Below are positions 1 to 12,908 of a DNA stretch of 64,000 nt, in pieces. The notes beneath the pieces are model-generated. The model saw nothing but the letters and a program-made list of their open reading frames with translations. It did not search any database and was not told the origin of the DNA. The position numbers and the translations under genes were made by a program. The stretch lies in NCBI GenBank assembly GCA_965287045.1, contig OZ336870.1:154194001-154258000 (forward strand), in the 5' to 3' direction. This DNA is from Carcharhinus amblyrhynchos. Its lineage: Eukaryota. Within the stretch, counting starts at the first letter, position 1; each line of letters starts with the position of its first letter.

Positions 1-763
1 GAGCTGCACTTCTGCAGGCAGGCTTTAAATGTCACACTCATCTTGAATTCATGAGCGAAATGAGTGGCCCTTATTTCCAAACATGTTTCAGTCTGCTCTT
101 ATTTTCTACTAATGTGGCGCTAGATTAGGAAGGCTGAGAGATTCCGGTGAATGGCATTTTTAATGAGCATTCATGACCTGGTAAGGAATGCAAATGGGAT
201 TCCTGCCTGGATTAATGGGAAATGCAACCCACCATCCACCATTGTCTATGAAATATTGGTACTTTTCTCACACCATTTCTTCACAATCGCAAACTGGCCA
301 CTCCCTGGACTCTTGGTGAAGAGAAAATTCAACACTTTCGGGTTTCCGATTTTTGACGCCTCTCTAAATTTTTTGTCCTGCCCACCACGAAACCTGTCAT
401 GGGGAAAATTCAGCCCTCAGTTCATTAAATAAGCTTAACACATATAATTTTAATTCTCTTGCCAGCGTGAATCTGTGCTCCAGAATAGGATGGTAATGAA
501 GGAAAGACAAAGCAAGTATAAAATATAACTGTTGAGAATGAAAGATTGAGGTCATTTGGCAAACAATGTGAGCCTATAGAAAGTGGGAATTAGATTCAAA
601 TCATTTTGGGATCCTAGACCTGAAGAACAGGTAACCTGGAACGTCAACAGAACGGGAATTTTGTGTTAAAGAGGTGAGAAACCGAGGAAACACAAGTCAG
701 GATTCAGAGCTCAGGTTGTCACAGAGAGGAGTAGTGGTAGGAGAGGATACAAGATTCAGGTTA

Positions 764-1032
764 AAAGTTAAAGTTTATTTATTAGTCACAAGGAAGGCTT
801 ATATTAACACTGCAATGAAGTTGCTGTGAAATTCCCCTAGTCGCCAGGGTCTGGTGCCTGTTTGGGTCAATGCACCTAACCGCACGTCTTTCAGAATGTG
901 GGAGGGAACTGAAACACCCGGAGGAAACCCACGCAGACATGGGGAGAACTGACAGTGACCCAAGCCAAGAATCGAACCCAAGTCCCTGGCTCTGTGAAAC
1001 AGCAGTGCTAACCACTGAGCTACCATGCCATC
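764..1032 (-). mobile_element. HE1-like tRNA SINE
   Basis: Minus-strand A box (GGTAGCTCAGTGGTTAGC) and B box (GGTTCGATTC), shared body, tail cttcattgcagtgttaat..ctaataaataaac. Confidence 0.88.
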
Positions 1033-1308
1033 CTGTGTATGTATTGTGTCAGTTTGATAGCAGAGTCAAAATGGGAAACTCAGAAGTTTCTAGTAACTTT
1101 GTTCAAATCTCCACGCCAACTTGAGGTAACTGCCTTTTTGTGACTTGACATAGTTCAAACCTTTAAATTTCCATGAACATTTAAAACACATAATTAATGC
1201 AAAATCAGCTATACTTAAGGATTGATATATCCAAACCCTGTTGAACAAATGCAATGTGACAAAAATGCAATACTGTACAGATAATATTAAGTGACTGTTA
1301 GGACTTAC

Positions 1309-1408
1309 TCTCTGGTAAAGGTTTTGGTCACTGGCGATCTTACTGGAGCTAATTCTTGCATTTCTTCAAATTCAGGTAAAGGTTTAATTTCCAAGGGGGC
1401 AGGTTTAA
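1309..1408 (-). CDS. GAB1: GAB1 exon following the 90-nt alternative exon
   Basis: [33 protein letters not shown]. Acceptor ttttataccacag, donor GA|gtaagt, 100 nt, phase 1->2. Not in the ORF track. Confidence 0.96.
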
Positions 1409-2392
1409 CTGTGGTATAAAAAGTGCACATGAATATACTTACTGTAGAAAATTGCTGGGTGTCATTTAACAAACAGCATACAAAATATTAAAGATGCTGG
1501 TGGCATGTTTACAACTCAGAGCATCAATTAAAATTGGAAAAGTATACAACTTGTAACTAATATCACAGACATATTAATTGGGGATTATTGAGCCCTTTGA
1601 AAATACTCTCCATTAAACACAAGAAGCTTCAACTGTGCTTCAGGCACTTGGACTTATAATGGTTCGTAATTGTAACCACTGGAAAATCATTTGGCATCAT
1701 GGCCAATTCTCAGGAAGTGTGGGAAAACAAGAAATATGGTTTCTCAATCTACCTCTTCCCCACCCTCCTGAGAAAATGATCAAGATCTGGCAAAACTCAT
1801 GACAGTTAATTCATTTAATCATCCATCTCAGGTTCTCAGAAATGCAAACCATGTGTTTTAACCATGTAGCTAGTTTTAGAAAACTGTTCTGCGAAAAACT
1901 CGCTGTTTGCGCAAGACTAAAGTCAACAAAAACTTAGACTATTTAAAATCAGTAAACGTACTGCAGAATGTATTACTGCTCATGTTAACTCGGGCAAACA
2001 GAAGCTGGCTGTAAATCAGCGAGGAAATTTCAGAATGTAGCTGCACTAATTAGAAACAGAGAGCATTTGATTGCCCAACCTTGACATCAAGTATAGCCTG
2101 CCTGATACACAAGGTGCTGATTTTACAAGACAACAATATTGGTGGGGAGCTTCACTGGCCAGCAGCACCATGAGAAACTACAGGAGGCAAGACCAATGAT
2201 CTTCCATCCATTCATTTGAAAGGTTTAAAAACCATGTCAATCCACATCTGAAGTTTCAAAGCATGCAGCCAAATAAAGAGACTTCCTTCTAAAAGGATAG
2301 ATTCAAAATCTTTCTTAACGGGCCAAGCACAGAGTCCAATTAAAACGTATGATTTGCTTGAATTCCGTAAAAGTGCAGACAATTTTCTGGAA

Positions 2393-2697
2393 TTCATAGA
2401 ATCCCTACAGTACAGAGGGAGGCCATTCAGCCCATCGAGTCTGCACCAACCACAATCCCACCCAGCCCCTATTCCCTTAACCCCACACATTTACCCTGCT
2501 AAATCCCCTGACACTAGGGGGAATTTAGCATGGCCAATCAACCTAACCTGCACATCTCTTTACTGTGGGAGGAAACCCATGCAGACACAGGGAAAATGTG
2601 CAACTCCACACAGACAGTGACCCAAGCCAGGAATTGAACCCAGGTCCCTGGCACTGTGAAGCAGCAATGCTAATCACTATGCCACCACACTGCCCCA
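2393..2697 (-). mobile_element. HE1-like tRNA SINE with CR1-type tail
   Basis: A/B boxes on the minus strand, tail gggctgaatggcctcc..ctgtagggattctatga. Confidence 0.88.
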
Positions 2698-2811
2698 ATT
2701 ATACAATCTGTTGAACTTGTAAGCAGCACCAAACCAAATATTTCATTGTTAAAGTCCAACCCATTTCAAAATAAGCATCAAGATTTTAAAATTATTTCTC
2801 AGTCATTTTTA

Positions 2812-3142
2812 TTCATAGAATCCATGAAGTGCAGAAGGAGCCCATCGAGCCCCCACTGACTCTCCAACAACAATCCTTGGTCTATCCCTGTAACATCATG
2901 TATTTACGCTGCTAATTCCCCCTAACCGACACATCCCTGGGGCAATTTAGCATAGCTAATCAACCTAACCTGCACATCTTTGGACTGAGAGGGGAAACCA
3001 GAGCACTGAGAGGGGAAACCAGAGCACCGAGAGGAAATTCACAGGAGAACGTGCAGACAACACGCAGATAGTGTACAAGGCCGGAATTGAACCCAGGTCC
3101 CTGGCACTGAGAGACAGCAGTGCTAACCACTGTGCCGCCTGT
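2812..3142 (-). mobile_element. HE1-like tRNA SINE
   Basis: As above, with an internal 21-bp tandem duplication actgagaggggaaaccagagc. Confidence 0.85.
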
Positions 3143-3882
3143 GCTAATAAAATTGAAAAGAAAAGTTGCAGCTAAATCGATCTCTATTCTTCCAGTCCTA
3201 ACTGTGGAAGACAATAGATTTCAAAGGCATACTGCTGAAGGCTGTTCAAGAAACAACACTACTTTCATTTGTGCTTTTTATGTATTATATAAACACAGTT
3301 TGCTTCATGTCAGAACGCAAGTTGCTTAGTAATAAGAAGAAGACTAAACTAACAGGGTTTTAAAAATATTCACTGTGACATTTTAATATGTTGGAACCTT
3401 TCTGCAAACTCTCATCAGGACAGCAGAGGCCACTCTAAACAAAGTTTGCAATTTATTTCTGCTCGGATTCATGGTGTGGATTACTGTACAATGGTTCATT
3501 TTTGTTCCGTATATAAATAGAGTGTAATGAAATTGTCAATAAGTTCTGCTGTCAAGGTAAAATGGAACCACTTACTGATAATAAAGTTTAAAACCTTCGT
3601 TTAATGGCAGCCACATGAGCTGTTAGAATGCAGATGTTTTACAGGTGTAGAGGGTTATGGATTATAAACAGCAGATTTCATGACTTATCCAGAAATATTT
3701 AGCATTGTATAAAAGATATCAAAAGTGTAAAATGACAAACAGAGACATAACGTTTACTGATTAATTGAACAAGAATGCAATCTATTGATGGGAGGATTAA
3801 TTGCATAGTAACAGACATTACCAAAAGTTTAGTCAGTTAAAGTTCCAAGCCATCTTAATATTGCATGCTGAACATTACCTAC

Positions 3883-3972
3883 CCTTGTGTCGTCTTGGAG
3901 GAAAGTCACCTATGGTTTGAGTATCAGTTCGTTCTAAAACAGGTTTAGCTCTTAATATTTTAGGACTTTGAC
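3883..3972 (-). CDS. GAB1: GAB1 alternative 90-nt exon (long isoform)
   Basis: GQSPKILRAKPVLERTDTQTIGDFPPRRHK, resembling the 30-aa insert of the long human isoform. Acceptor ttttctcatcaattag, donor G|gtaggt, phase 1->1. Confidence 0.92.
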
Positions 3973-5576
3973 CTAATTGATGAGAAAAGAAGACTCTTCG
4001 GTTATAATTTTTCTTTGTAAAATGGTTGTGCAATATTGGGCTCTTAGCGTGGCCAGTTAGCTGTGCTGAAATTGCAGGTGCAAGTGATAACCAGCCGAGC
4101 AAAAGCAATCTGGCCAATCAGCCAGTCTTCACCATGCTCATGCTTAGAGATTCAAAACATTATTTATTTATTTTTTAAGTAGAGGAATAAGTAGCTATAT
4201 CATGCACACATCCGAAGCAGTGTAGTCAAAGCAGGCAATTATTGAAAAGTAAACGCAGAATTCTTCCCAGGGTACAGATGAACTTCCCAGTGTCCCACAA
4301 ACAGCTGAACGCTTCTGTCACAACCACCAGCCTAAACCTCTTTCAAACAGCTCCACAAGATTCGCCCACTCTCAGATGCCTTTTTCAAGTAGCCATTTTC
4401 GTAGATTTTCTGAACATTAAACATCTGCAGAATCGTGTGCACAGGAAGAAAAGCAGTGGAGTCTAATCTGATCCTGCTCTTAGCCGACACATACACATGT
4501 TACAGCAGGACTAGCTAGATAGCAATCAGTTTATAGGAAGAGGTGACTAATTTTTGCCCATCCCTGATTGCAATGCAGTGAAGTCAGTTGCAAAGACAAT
4601 GTCATCAGACAGATTCATTTTTATCTTAAAATCTTATGGAGTTTTGTTCTCTGCTTGTGCCGAGGAATGGAATATCTTTCATTTCAAACAGCCACCGTCA
4701 TCAGCCAGGCATGCATGGTGAGATGCTGAGTAAACATACTCGGCTGTATCTGACCAACATGCCTGGCTCTAACTCTCAAAGCTCGTCCTTTCGCCACATG
4801 TCAATGATCACCAACTTGGTGCTCAACTAGGGTGGGACAGCATTTTCAATTCAGGAATGCAGCATTTAAAAAAAAATCTATACTGCGAGCAAATCTTAAA
4901 CGTTATCAGCCATCTGCAATTCCATCAGTCATTTCCAGTAAACAGACTGACTCCTGTTTGGTTAGTTTAGCAATCAAACTCGTGGAGACATCAAGACTTC
5001 TGAAAGCCACATCCTCAATTTCAGCCATTACCTCAATCTTTCAAATTACACGGGAAACAAACCACATTTAACACTGGCATTTAGACTAGAATTAAACTAC
5101 TTGCTCACAAAATCTCCACTGCTTGCTTTAGCAAGGGGTGTGAACAGTTGGCTCCCATAAGCAGTAATGACTTCAAGCCCAAGGATGGCGGGAGACTAAT
5201 TTGTTTTCCCCTCAAGTTGTACAAAGAAGAGCTAGTTTCATTGTGGACTGCTGTGTAATGTACTATGTGAAATGGAAACTTCACTCTGATGATAGGGAAG
5301 GGCAAATAGACTCGCCCTCCTTGAACTTTGCAGCCTGAGTGTCCCAAGTGCTTAGTGGAGTTAACCAGCAAACAAGCTAGCTCTACATGACAGGGAGGAC
5401 CTGGATTAGGTTGCCAGTTAGCTGTGTTAACTGATATCAATATGGAGGAATGCGTTACAATCAGCCATGATGCCTCTTGGTCGGGGATGGAGGTAGAAAC
5501 CAGCAAACACTTCTGCACTCAAATGTCATCAGGGACACTTGGTGGAATTGCAAATGTAACTATCAGTTCTGGGTAG

Positions 5577-6635
5577 GATTAGTACAAAAGCAAAATACTG
5601 CAGATGCTAGAAATCTGAAGTGAAAACAGGAAGTGCTGGTCAGGCACCATCTGTGAAGAGAGATAGCTAACCTTTCAGATCAATGACCTTTCATCAGAAT
5701 TGGGAAAGTTAGAAATGTAACATATTTTAGTGAAGTAAAGAGGCAGGGAAAGGGTTTGGGAAGAGGGAATGACCAAACTTGACCAAGATTCTTCTTGATA
5801 GAGAAGATTAAATGACCAAAGGAAAGATGGTGCCAGGCAAAAGGGTATGGTGATGGGATAAGCAAAGGAAGAAAAGATGTGTGCAGAGAATTTGTAAATG
5901 AGAAGGGCAGAATCTTCACCAGTTGAAATTTAGAAAAAGGATTATAATCAGAAATTGTTGAAACCAATGTTCAGTCCAGAAGGTTGTATCTTCCAAAGAT
6001 GAGATGCTGTTCTTCAAGCTTCACTGTAGGTTCCAACAGGGTAGGAGACTGACAGCAGAGTCGGAGTGGAGCAGAGAATTATAATGACAGGCTACCTGAA
6101 GCTTGATGTGCAGTGAATGGAAGTGTTCCACAAAGCAGTCACTGAATTGAAGCTTGGTCTCCCCAGTGTAGAGGAGATTGAGTAGTGATCAATGAATGCA
6201 GTGTAATAAATTGAAAGTAGTACAAATAAATTGCCTTTGCACATGGAGCAGCATTTGAGACCCAGGGAATTGGGAAAGAGAGAGATAAAAGGCCAGGGGT
6301 TGGATCTCTGATGCTAAGAGGGAAAGACCAAAGGGACCGAGATTCCTCCTGATAGCGAAGATTAAATAACAAAGGGATGATGATGCCAGGCAAAAGGGAT
6401 GGTAACGGGATAAGTAAAAGGAAGAAAAGATGTGTCTGAAGGATTTGTAAATGAGAAGGGCAGAATCATCACCTACACTTGTTATGTAGAAAAAAGATTA
6501 TAATCTGAAATTGTTGAAACCAATGTTCAGTCCAGAAGGTTGTATTTATCTCTCTTCATAGATGCTACCTGACCAGCACTTTTTCATTTCACTTCAGATT
6601 TCCAGCATCTGCAGTACTTTGCTTTTGTACTAATC
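5577..6635 (-). mobile_element. Penelope-like element derivative with ~90-bp terminal inverted repeats
   Basis: 5577-5665 and 6547-6635 are inverted copies. Internal GIY-YIG remnant (LLYTGETK...DCFVEH), internal direct repeat 5820-5988/6370-6545, hammerhead-like CTGATGA..GAAA at 5673-5697 (minus). Confidence 0.75.
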
Positions 6636-6749
6636 TTGGGTGGGTACAGCGATCAGAGGTGGTTCTGTTGGGGATGATAAAGAATCACCCTGCCCTTCTT
6701 TTTCTAGCATTCTGAAGGGACTGCCACAACATTCTGGTCCACTCTTCAA

Positions 6750-7340
6750 TCACTTGTACCTTTTCAACTTTGTATACTTTATTCATTGTTCACAATCCTC
6801 TATATTGTAGAGATCAACACACACTGGGTGGGTGACCACTTTGCACAACACCTCCACTCAGTCTAAAAGTGTGACCTAAGCTTCCAGGTACCTATCATTT
6901 TAATACTCTGCTCCACTCTGACCTCTCATCTTGACCTCCTGCACTGTTCCAAAGAAGCTCAACATAAACTGGAGGGACTGCACCTCATCTATGAATCAGA
7001 CACTTTGCAGCCTTCCCGGTTCAATATTGAGTTCAACAATTTCAGATAATGCCACTGCCCTATTTTTATACATTGGCTATTGAAGAAGATCCTGCTCTCA
7101 TCATTTACAATTCTCCTGGACCCAGCTGCAGTTTCTTTATCAACCCCCTTGTGCCTTGTATCACTGTCATTTAATCACACCTGTCTTCATGCCTATCAGA
7201 GGCCTTCACTTTTGTTCCCCTTTGCTTGACTCTGTACTTGCCTAAATCCTGTTACATTTCCAACTCTTTCCAGTTCTGACAAAAGATCAGCGAATTGAAA
7301 TGTTTCTCTCTTGAAACAGATACTGTCTTACCACCTGAGT
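6750..7340 (+). mobile_element. Penelope-like GIY-YIG 3' fragment
   Basis: IHCSQ..LYI.E...GDHFAQHLHSV, KLEGLHLI, NIEFNNFR*, then a 3' region with a decayed hammerhead motif (ctgacaaaagatc...gaaatgtt). Confidence 0.75.
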
Positions 7341-9293
7341 TTTCTGTTTCGACTCTGAATAGGGTTAGGTTTGGCTATGATGTTCTCCAAGGCCAAAGAG
7401 GATGTTGGCGCTAGCCATTCTGAATGACATCAACATTAGCCATTTAGGCGAAGCATCAGATATTTATGGGACTGCATACCTAAAGGGAATGGATATCTTA
7501 CGAGAAACCTGGAAACGTTCGTACGAGAAAGCAAACAACTCTGCAATGAATTGAAAATGCAACAGTGTAAACTGATCTACAGTACAAGACTACACTTCCT
7601 TCAGGGATGTTAACTCAACTTATCAAATCCTTGATTAATGCTGTTGGTCTACTCTACAAATTGATTAAAAACACAATTTACACATTTTGCACATGCATTA
7701 GCATGCACAATGTGCATAATTCTTACAACTTTCAGTATAATGAAGGAAAAGTTTTACGCTATAACTGAACTGATGTCCATGTCAGCATGCATCCCAACGT
7801 GCATCAAGTTAACAGCCAGTTAATTTCTTTGTCAAAGTCAATTCTAAACTTACAAGGTTGACAAGTTATTGTGACAGCAGTCATTCTGGCCAATTTCAGG
7901 ATACTTTGGATACTGACTTGCTATTACATCGTTCTACGATACTTCAAAAATTGCTGCCGAAATGTGTGTGCATTAATATGCAAGTTTTGTACAAAACTAA
8001 TCAGAGTAAGTACTCCAAGGTACTGAAATTAATCTGGATCAGGACTGTAAACATTGAATGCAGTATTTATGGAGCCAATTATTCACTCTTGTCTTGCTAT
8101 AAGGAAAGCGAATTAAGATTATTCTGCAGAAATGCAAAATGAAAGTACTTCATACCTCTCACTAATTTCCGCATTATGCAAGTGGAATGGCTGCAATCTT
8201 ACTGCAGGAAAGCAAAAGTGCTTCCCCATGATTTAGAAACTTACAGACTCCCCATGTTTATTACACATCAATTAACTTGGAACCAAATGTCATTTAACTA
8301 CAAGAGGATGTTGCCACTAGCAATTTCTTCCAGCCCAAATGGTTTGGTGGTCGTGCTTCTGCCTTATTACTAGCAAGGCCCATGCAGTAAAGAAGTACTT
8401 TTTTTTGATCTCCCCTATATTTCTTGGGATTGCTTTGGGACTTCTAAGTTGAGGATGGATGGCAGGGACAGGCACAGGAACCTAATGATAATGATGCAAT
8501 TTTGTTGAAGTGTGGTAAATGAGAAGATTTATATTTGTTAGACATTTTCTCAGGGATTCTCCAGCTACACCACCATAATTATGGTGGACACCCTGTTTAC
8601 ACGCATAGTTCGGACTGCTGTTCAACCTCTGTTAAGCTACAATGGTGTACTGAGAAAAAGCCCAGAGGTAATTCCCAGTGATAATTTTTCATTAAATGTT
8701 TTATCATCTGTGTCTCAGTCAACAACTCAGAGTATGTATATTTGCTGCCAATTCTTTTCAAATCCTTTAAAAGCCCTCTTGCTCCAAGCATTTTGGATTT
8801 TATCACCTCCTCACTCATTCTGTTACCAAGAGTCTCACTAATGCAGTTTTAGCTGGTGTGAACGATCGGTTCAGGACCATCTTCTCATTGATGTTTCTTC
8901 CCCAAAAGTAAAAAGCTGGCCACTTTGTCCAATAACGTGGCCACTCTCAGAAATTTGCAGAGTCGGTAGGAGATAAATCACACAGTAACCTTGATCCCAC
9001 TGCACATCATCATGAATTTATTGCCTTTCTCAGAGGGCTGTATATTCTTTTTTGTTTCCTCTAATTAAAGTCAGTAGCATCGGTAGTGATTGACACATTC
9101 ATTTTATCTCGGCTTGGCAAGAATCCAGCTCGGAATGAGGCAGGAAAGTCTTTGCTCTCCATTGGTTGTGGGGATCTATGTGAAACATGTTTGGTGAGTC
9201 TCACATATTTTCCCAGTGGGTCTCCTGAACAGAACTGGCAACTGATTGGTACAGAATGAGAAAATGATCAAATGGTTAGTGTGAATATGGAAA

Positions 9294-9891
9294 TATAGGG
9301 CATTGGTGAGGCCGCAGTTGGAGCACTGTGTGCAGTTTTGGGCGCCGCACCTGCGCAAGGATATTTTGGCCCTGGAGGGAGTGCAGAGGAGGTTTACTAG
9401 GCTGATACCGGAGTTGAGGGGATTGAGCTATGAGGAGAGGCTGAATAAACTAGGCTTGTACTCGTTAGAGTTTAGAAGAATGAGGGGAGATCTCATTGAG
9501 ACGTATAAGATGATGAATGAGATGGATAGGATAGAGGTGGAGAGACTCTTCCCGCTCAAAAAAGACAGTAGGACTAGGGGGCACAGCCTCAAGATAAAGG
9601 GGAGGCGGTTTAGAACGGAGTTGAGGAGGAACTTCTTCACTCAAAGGGTGGTGAATCTCTGGAATTCTCTGCCCGTTGAAGTGGTGGAGGCTGCCTCGCT
9701 AAATATTTTTAAGAAGCGGGTTGATGGGTTTTTGATAAGAGAAGGGATTGAGGGTTATGGGGAGAGGGCGGGAAAGTGGAACTGAGCCACGACAGATCAG
9801 CCATGATCTTATTGAATGGCGGGGCAGGCTCGAAGGGCTAGATGGCCTACTCCTGCTCCTATTTCTTATGTTCTTATGTTCTTATGTTCTT
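9294..9891 (+). mobile_element. Young 5'-truncated CR1 LINE (ORF2 C-terminus + 3' UTR)
   Basis: ORF 9303-9785 VRPQLEHCVQFWAP...RMRGDLIETYK...RTRGHSLK...FFTQRVVNLWNSLP, (TTCTTATG)n tail, CpGs retained. Confidence 0.95.
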
Positions 9892-12800
9892 AAAAAATAT
9901 CTGTGCAACTGAGAGCACTCTTTTGAGTTTGAGATTAAGTGCATTGTTGTGACAGTGGAAAGAGTTTTCCACTGCATTGGCCCAAGCAAAGGACTTGACC
10001 AGAGAATGGCTGAATCCACTGAGTATCCCAAATGGAAATGTTTAATTTCCTAGCTCTACACAAACCAGATTTTCACAGCATAACACTAACATCTAAAAGC
10101 TTCACAGAATTCACGGGGGCTGTAATCAAAGTATATCATCTTTCTCTGACAAATACGAACAAAAAAAAAAGCAAAACTCAAAAGCTCGCCTCCTTATTAA
10201 AAGCAGGAACAAATCAACCTACAAAACTTCCTGAAAATAGTTGTTCACATAGTATCATGTCAGGATGAATTCTCTATGGTCGAAAACCTACTTTAAAATG
10301 GAAAAGAAATCTATTACATTTCCCCAACAATGCTTTCATATCTCTACAATAAAAACATCTCCTCTGCAGTTAAAAATGAAACATGGCAATCTGAACCTGC
10401 AGTGTTACGGGGAAGTTTGCCTGTAAGTGCTATTGATTCCACTTAGCAACTGCATTTCAGGAGGCAAAGATCAGCACAAATACACATCTTTGCTAACCAC
10501 AACACATACACACCTAATTGATACAACTCATCCCCGTAGAAAAATGCCATTAGAAATTAGTATGTATATATATTTTTAAAGCAGCCATATTACACAGTAG
10601 GAATTGTAAACTAAATTGTGTATTTGACATAGCCTGGTCCCTATTAGGGAACAATCATTACCTAGGAAATCTAGGTCTTGCACTGACTAGCTGGCAATAT
10701 CTTAAGCAATACCAATACATCTGAGGTTGCTGTTTTCTCTCAATCATCCGCATAGACTTTAGCTAAATTTGAAGGGAATAAGGTCAATGTGGAAAGGAAA
10801 ATTTCTCAGTTTTAACAAACCTCACAGAATTTATATAATCCTGAGAAAATGTGATTGCTCTGAAATGAACTGTACTCATGAACCTTCCCAACCCCCCACA
10901 CAAGCGTCAGATTTAATAACAATGTAAAATAACAAATCTTCAGCATCTTTCAATCCTTGTGGAACCCTCAAATCACTGTTATGGACCAGGCATTTCTCAA
11001 CGTCAAATATGGTCACAAACCACCTTTCAATATATGTTCCAAGCAAAATTCAAGAATCATTCTACTTGGAATTTTTGTCTTATAACACTGTCTGAGAAGT
11101 TATCTGACATTTGAAACTACCGCCCTAACACTATTGCATAAAAAGATTGCATTCTGCCACTACAGCTGTAATTCAAACACTGACAGTAAAGGCAAACTTG
11201 CTTTCAATTTACAAGCTTGGTTTCAATCTAAAGTGAAGCTACTGGGTTGGAATACCGTACTCTTATAAGGGTACAGCATCCTTCAAAGGGTGATGGTGAT
11301 GTACCACCTACATTCTGTAATCACCAGTACCAGATCAGTCTCACAATCCGAATAGCTTGGATGTTGCGAGATAAGGAGCATTGATTGCACAGAAGCAGAG
11401 GACAAAGAAAGGAAAGTGGGTGGGGGTGGGAAAAAAAGTATTGTAAGCAGATTATTCAGATAATATTCTTCAAAGTTTAACATGCATATATTGTCACTAG
11501 GATCTTCATGAAAGATAATAAATCACATTTCTGCTATGGTCTACTTGATTGTGTAAACCACCCCACAAAACAATTATAGGTTCTGTTTTTCCAAACTTGG
11601 GCAGTGCTCAAAGAGCATTTGGAGCTGGGAGCAATGCGAGATGCCAAGCTTTCACGCAAGAAATAATGTGGTTTTCTGCCCTGTCCCCACAATTACCGGC
11701 ACCAAGAAGCTAAACGTGCCTAGTGACAACAGTGACGCAAGAAACTTCGATCCACTTCCTAATGAAACGTTAAAAATATTTTTTATACATTACTTAAAAT
11801 GCAGGTGATGTTAAAATTAACCCAAAATCTTAGAAGCAAATGCAATGTGATGTTTGAGTATAAACTCAGCTATAGCAACCTCCACCAGAAATAGCTGAAC
11901 AATAAAAGCATTTTTGCAGCAAGGCCCAGGTACAAGAGCGCATCAAATTTATAAAAACAGACAGCAGATACAAGAACATTCCAAATACAAATCAAAACAC
12001 TTTAGCATTTCACCACTTCTAAAACAGCAGTAGATCGAATCAAAATAACTAATTTACTAACTGAAAAGGAATGATTCAAGTGGTTTCTTGTAATAATGTC
12101 AATTAAAAGATATTTTCAACCAAAACTGTGAATTGTCTGATCTAACTAACATGAAACTCGTGTTAGGTTTCACTGGATAATTGCACAAACTTGGAACATA
12201 AACTTTGAAAAGCAGCATGGCTCTGACAGAAGGATAAAAATCCATTCAACATACATCTGTGTATGGTGTAGAGAAAGTCTGCTTCACAGTTGAAAGCAAT
12301 TTAATGCTAACAAACCAAAAGCATTTAAGACTGCAGATGACCTTGTAACACCATTATTTTCCACACCAACTAGACCAGGCCTTTCTCACGAGCCGTGGTA
12401 CTGGAAAAGGATATAGTTATTAATGTAGTAACTCTTTTTGAATCTGGAAGAGTTCTTCAAGCATATTTTTCAATTTTATTACACTATGTAAAATTAATTA
12501 AAATTAATATGCAAAACTCAGCTCTCTTCTAACTTTTTTTTAAATAGTTGTAGATGCCATAAATATTTTAAAAAATTGTCAATAATCTAATTGGTTTTGC
12601 AGCCAGCAAGCAGCTTCTGTGCAAATTTTCCTTCTTTTTCGCCAAATTGTGCGGTGAACGCTTCCATTTTAAAATCCAGCACTTCAAATGGAAATCATAG
12701 ATACATCACATTCTTCCAAATTAACAGCAAACATTTCAAAATTATTTTACCCTGAATGTTCAAATAAAATATTTCTACTTACTCATGTTTTCAGTGAATC

Positions 12801-12908
12801 ACAAAATATTAAATTGATACATCACCTTAATATTTTTAACACAAGATTAAACCGCAATAAACAAGAATAAACTGAAACATGTGAAAGGCAGTACAAATCT
12901 ACACTTAC

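Larger units (their letters stand above)
5360..7520 (+). mobile_element. LF-SINE-like element split into 5360-5576 and 7345-7520 by Penelope-like insertions
   Basis: 5' half (gacagggaggacctgg..ctgtgttaactgatatc..gttacaatcagcc) and 3' half (gggttaggtttggctatgatg..gccatttaggcgaag) follow the same recalled consensus order. Confidence 0.45.

Noticed and set aside
7854-7935. Possible exon ending at the CTT|gtaagt donor-like site near 7853
   Set aside because: No acceptor found that gives an open, phase-compatible frame with exon 6.
8300-9200. Coding-looking segment including ORF 8597-8818 (-)
   Set aside because: Multiple stops, no recognisable family, and no phase-compatible splice sites found.
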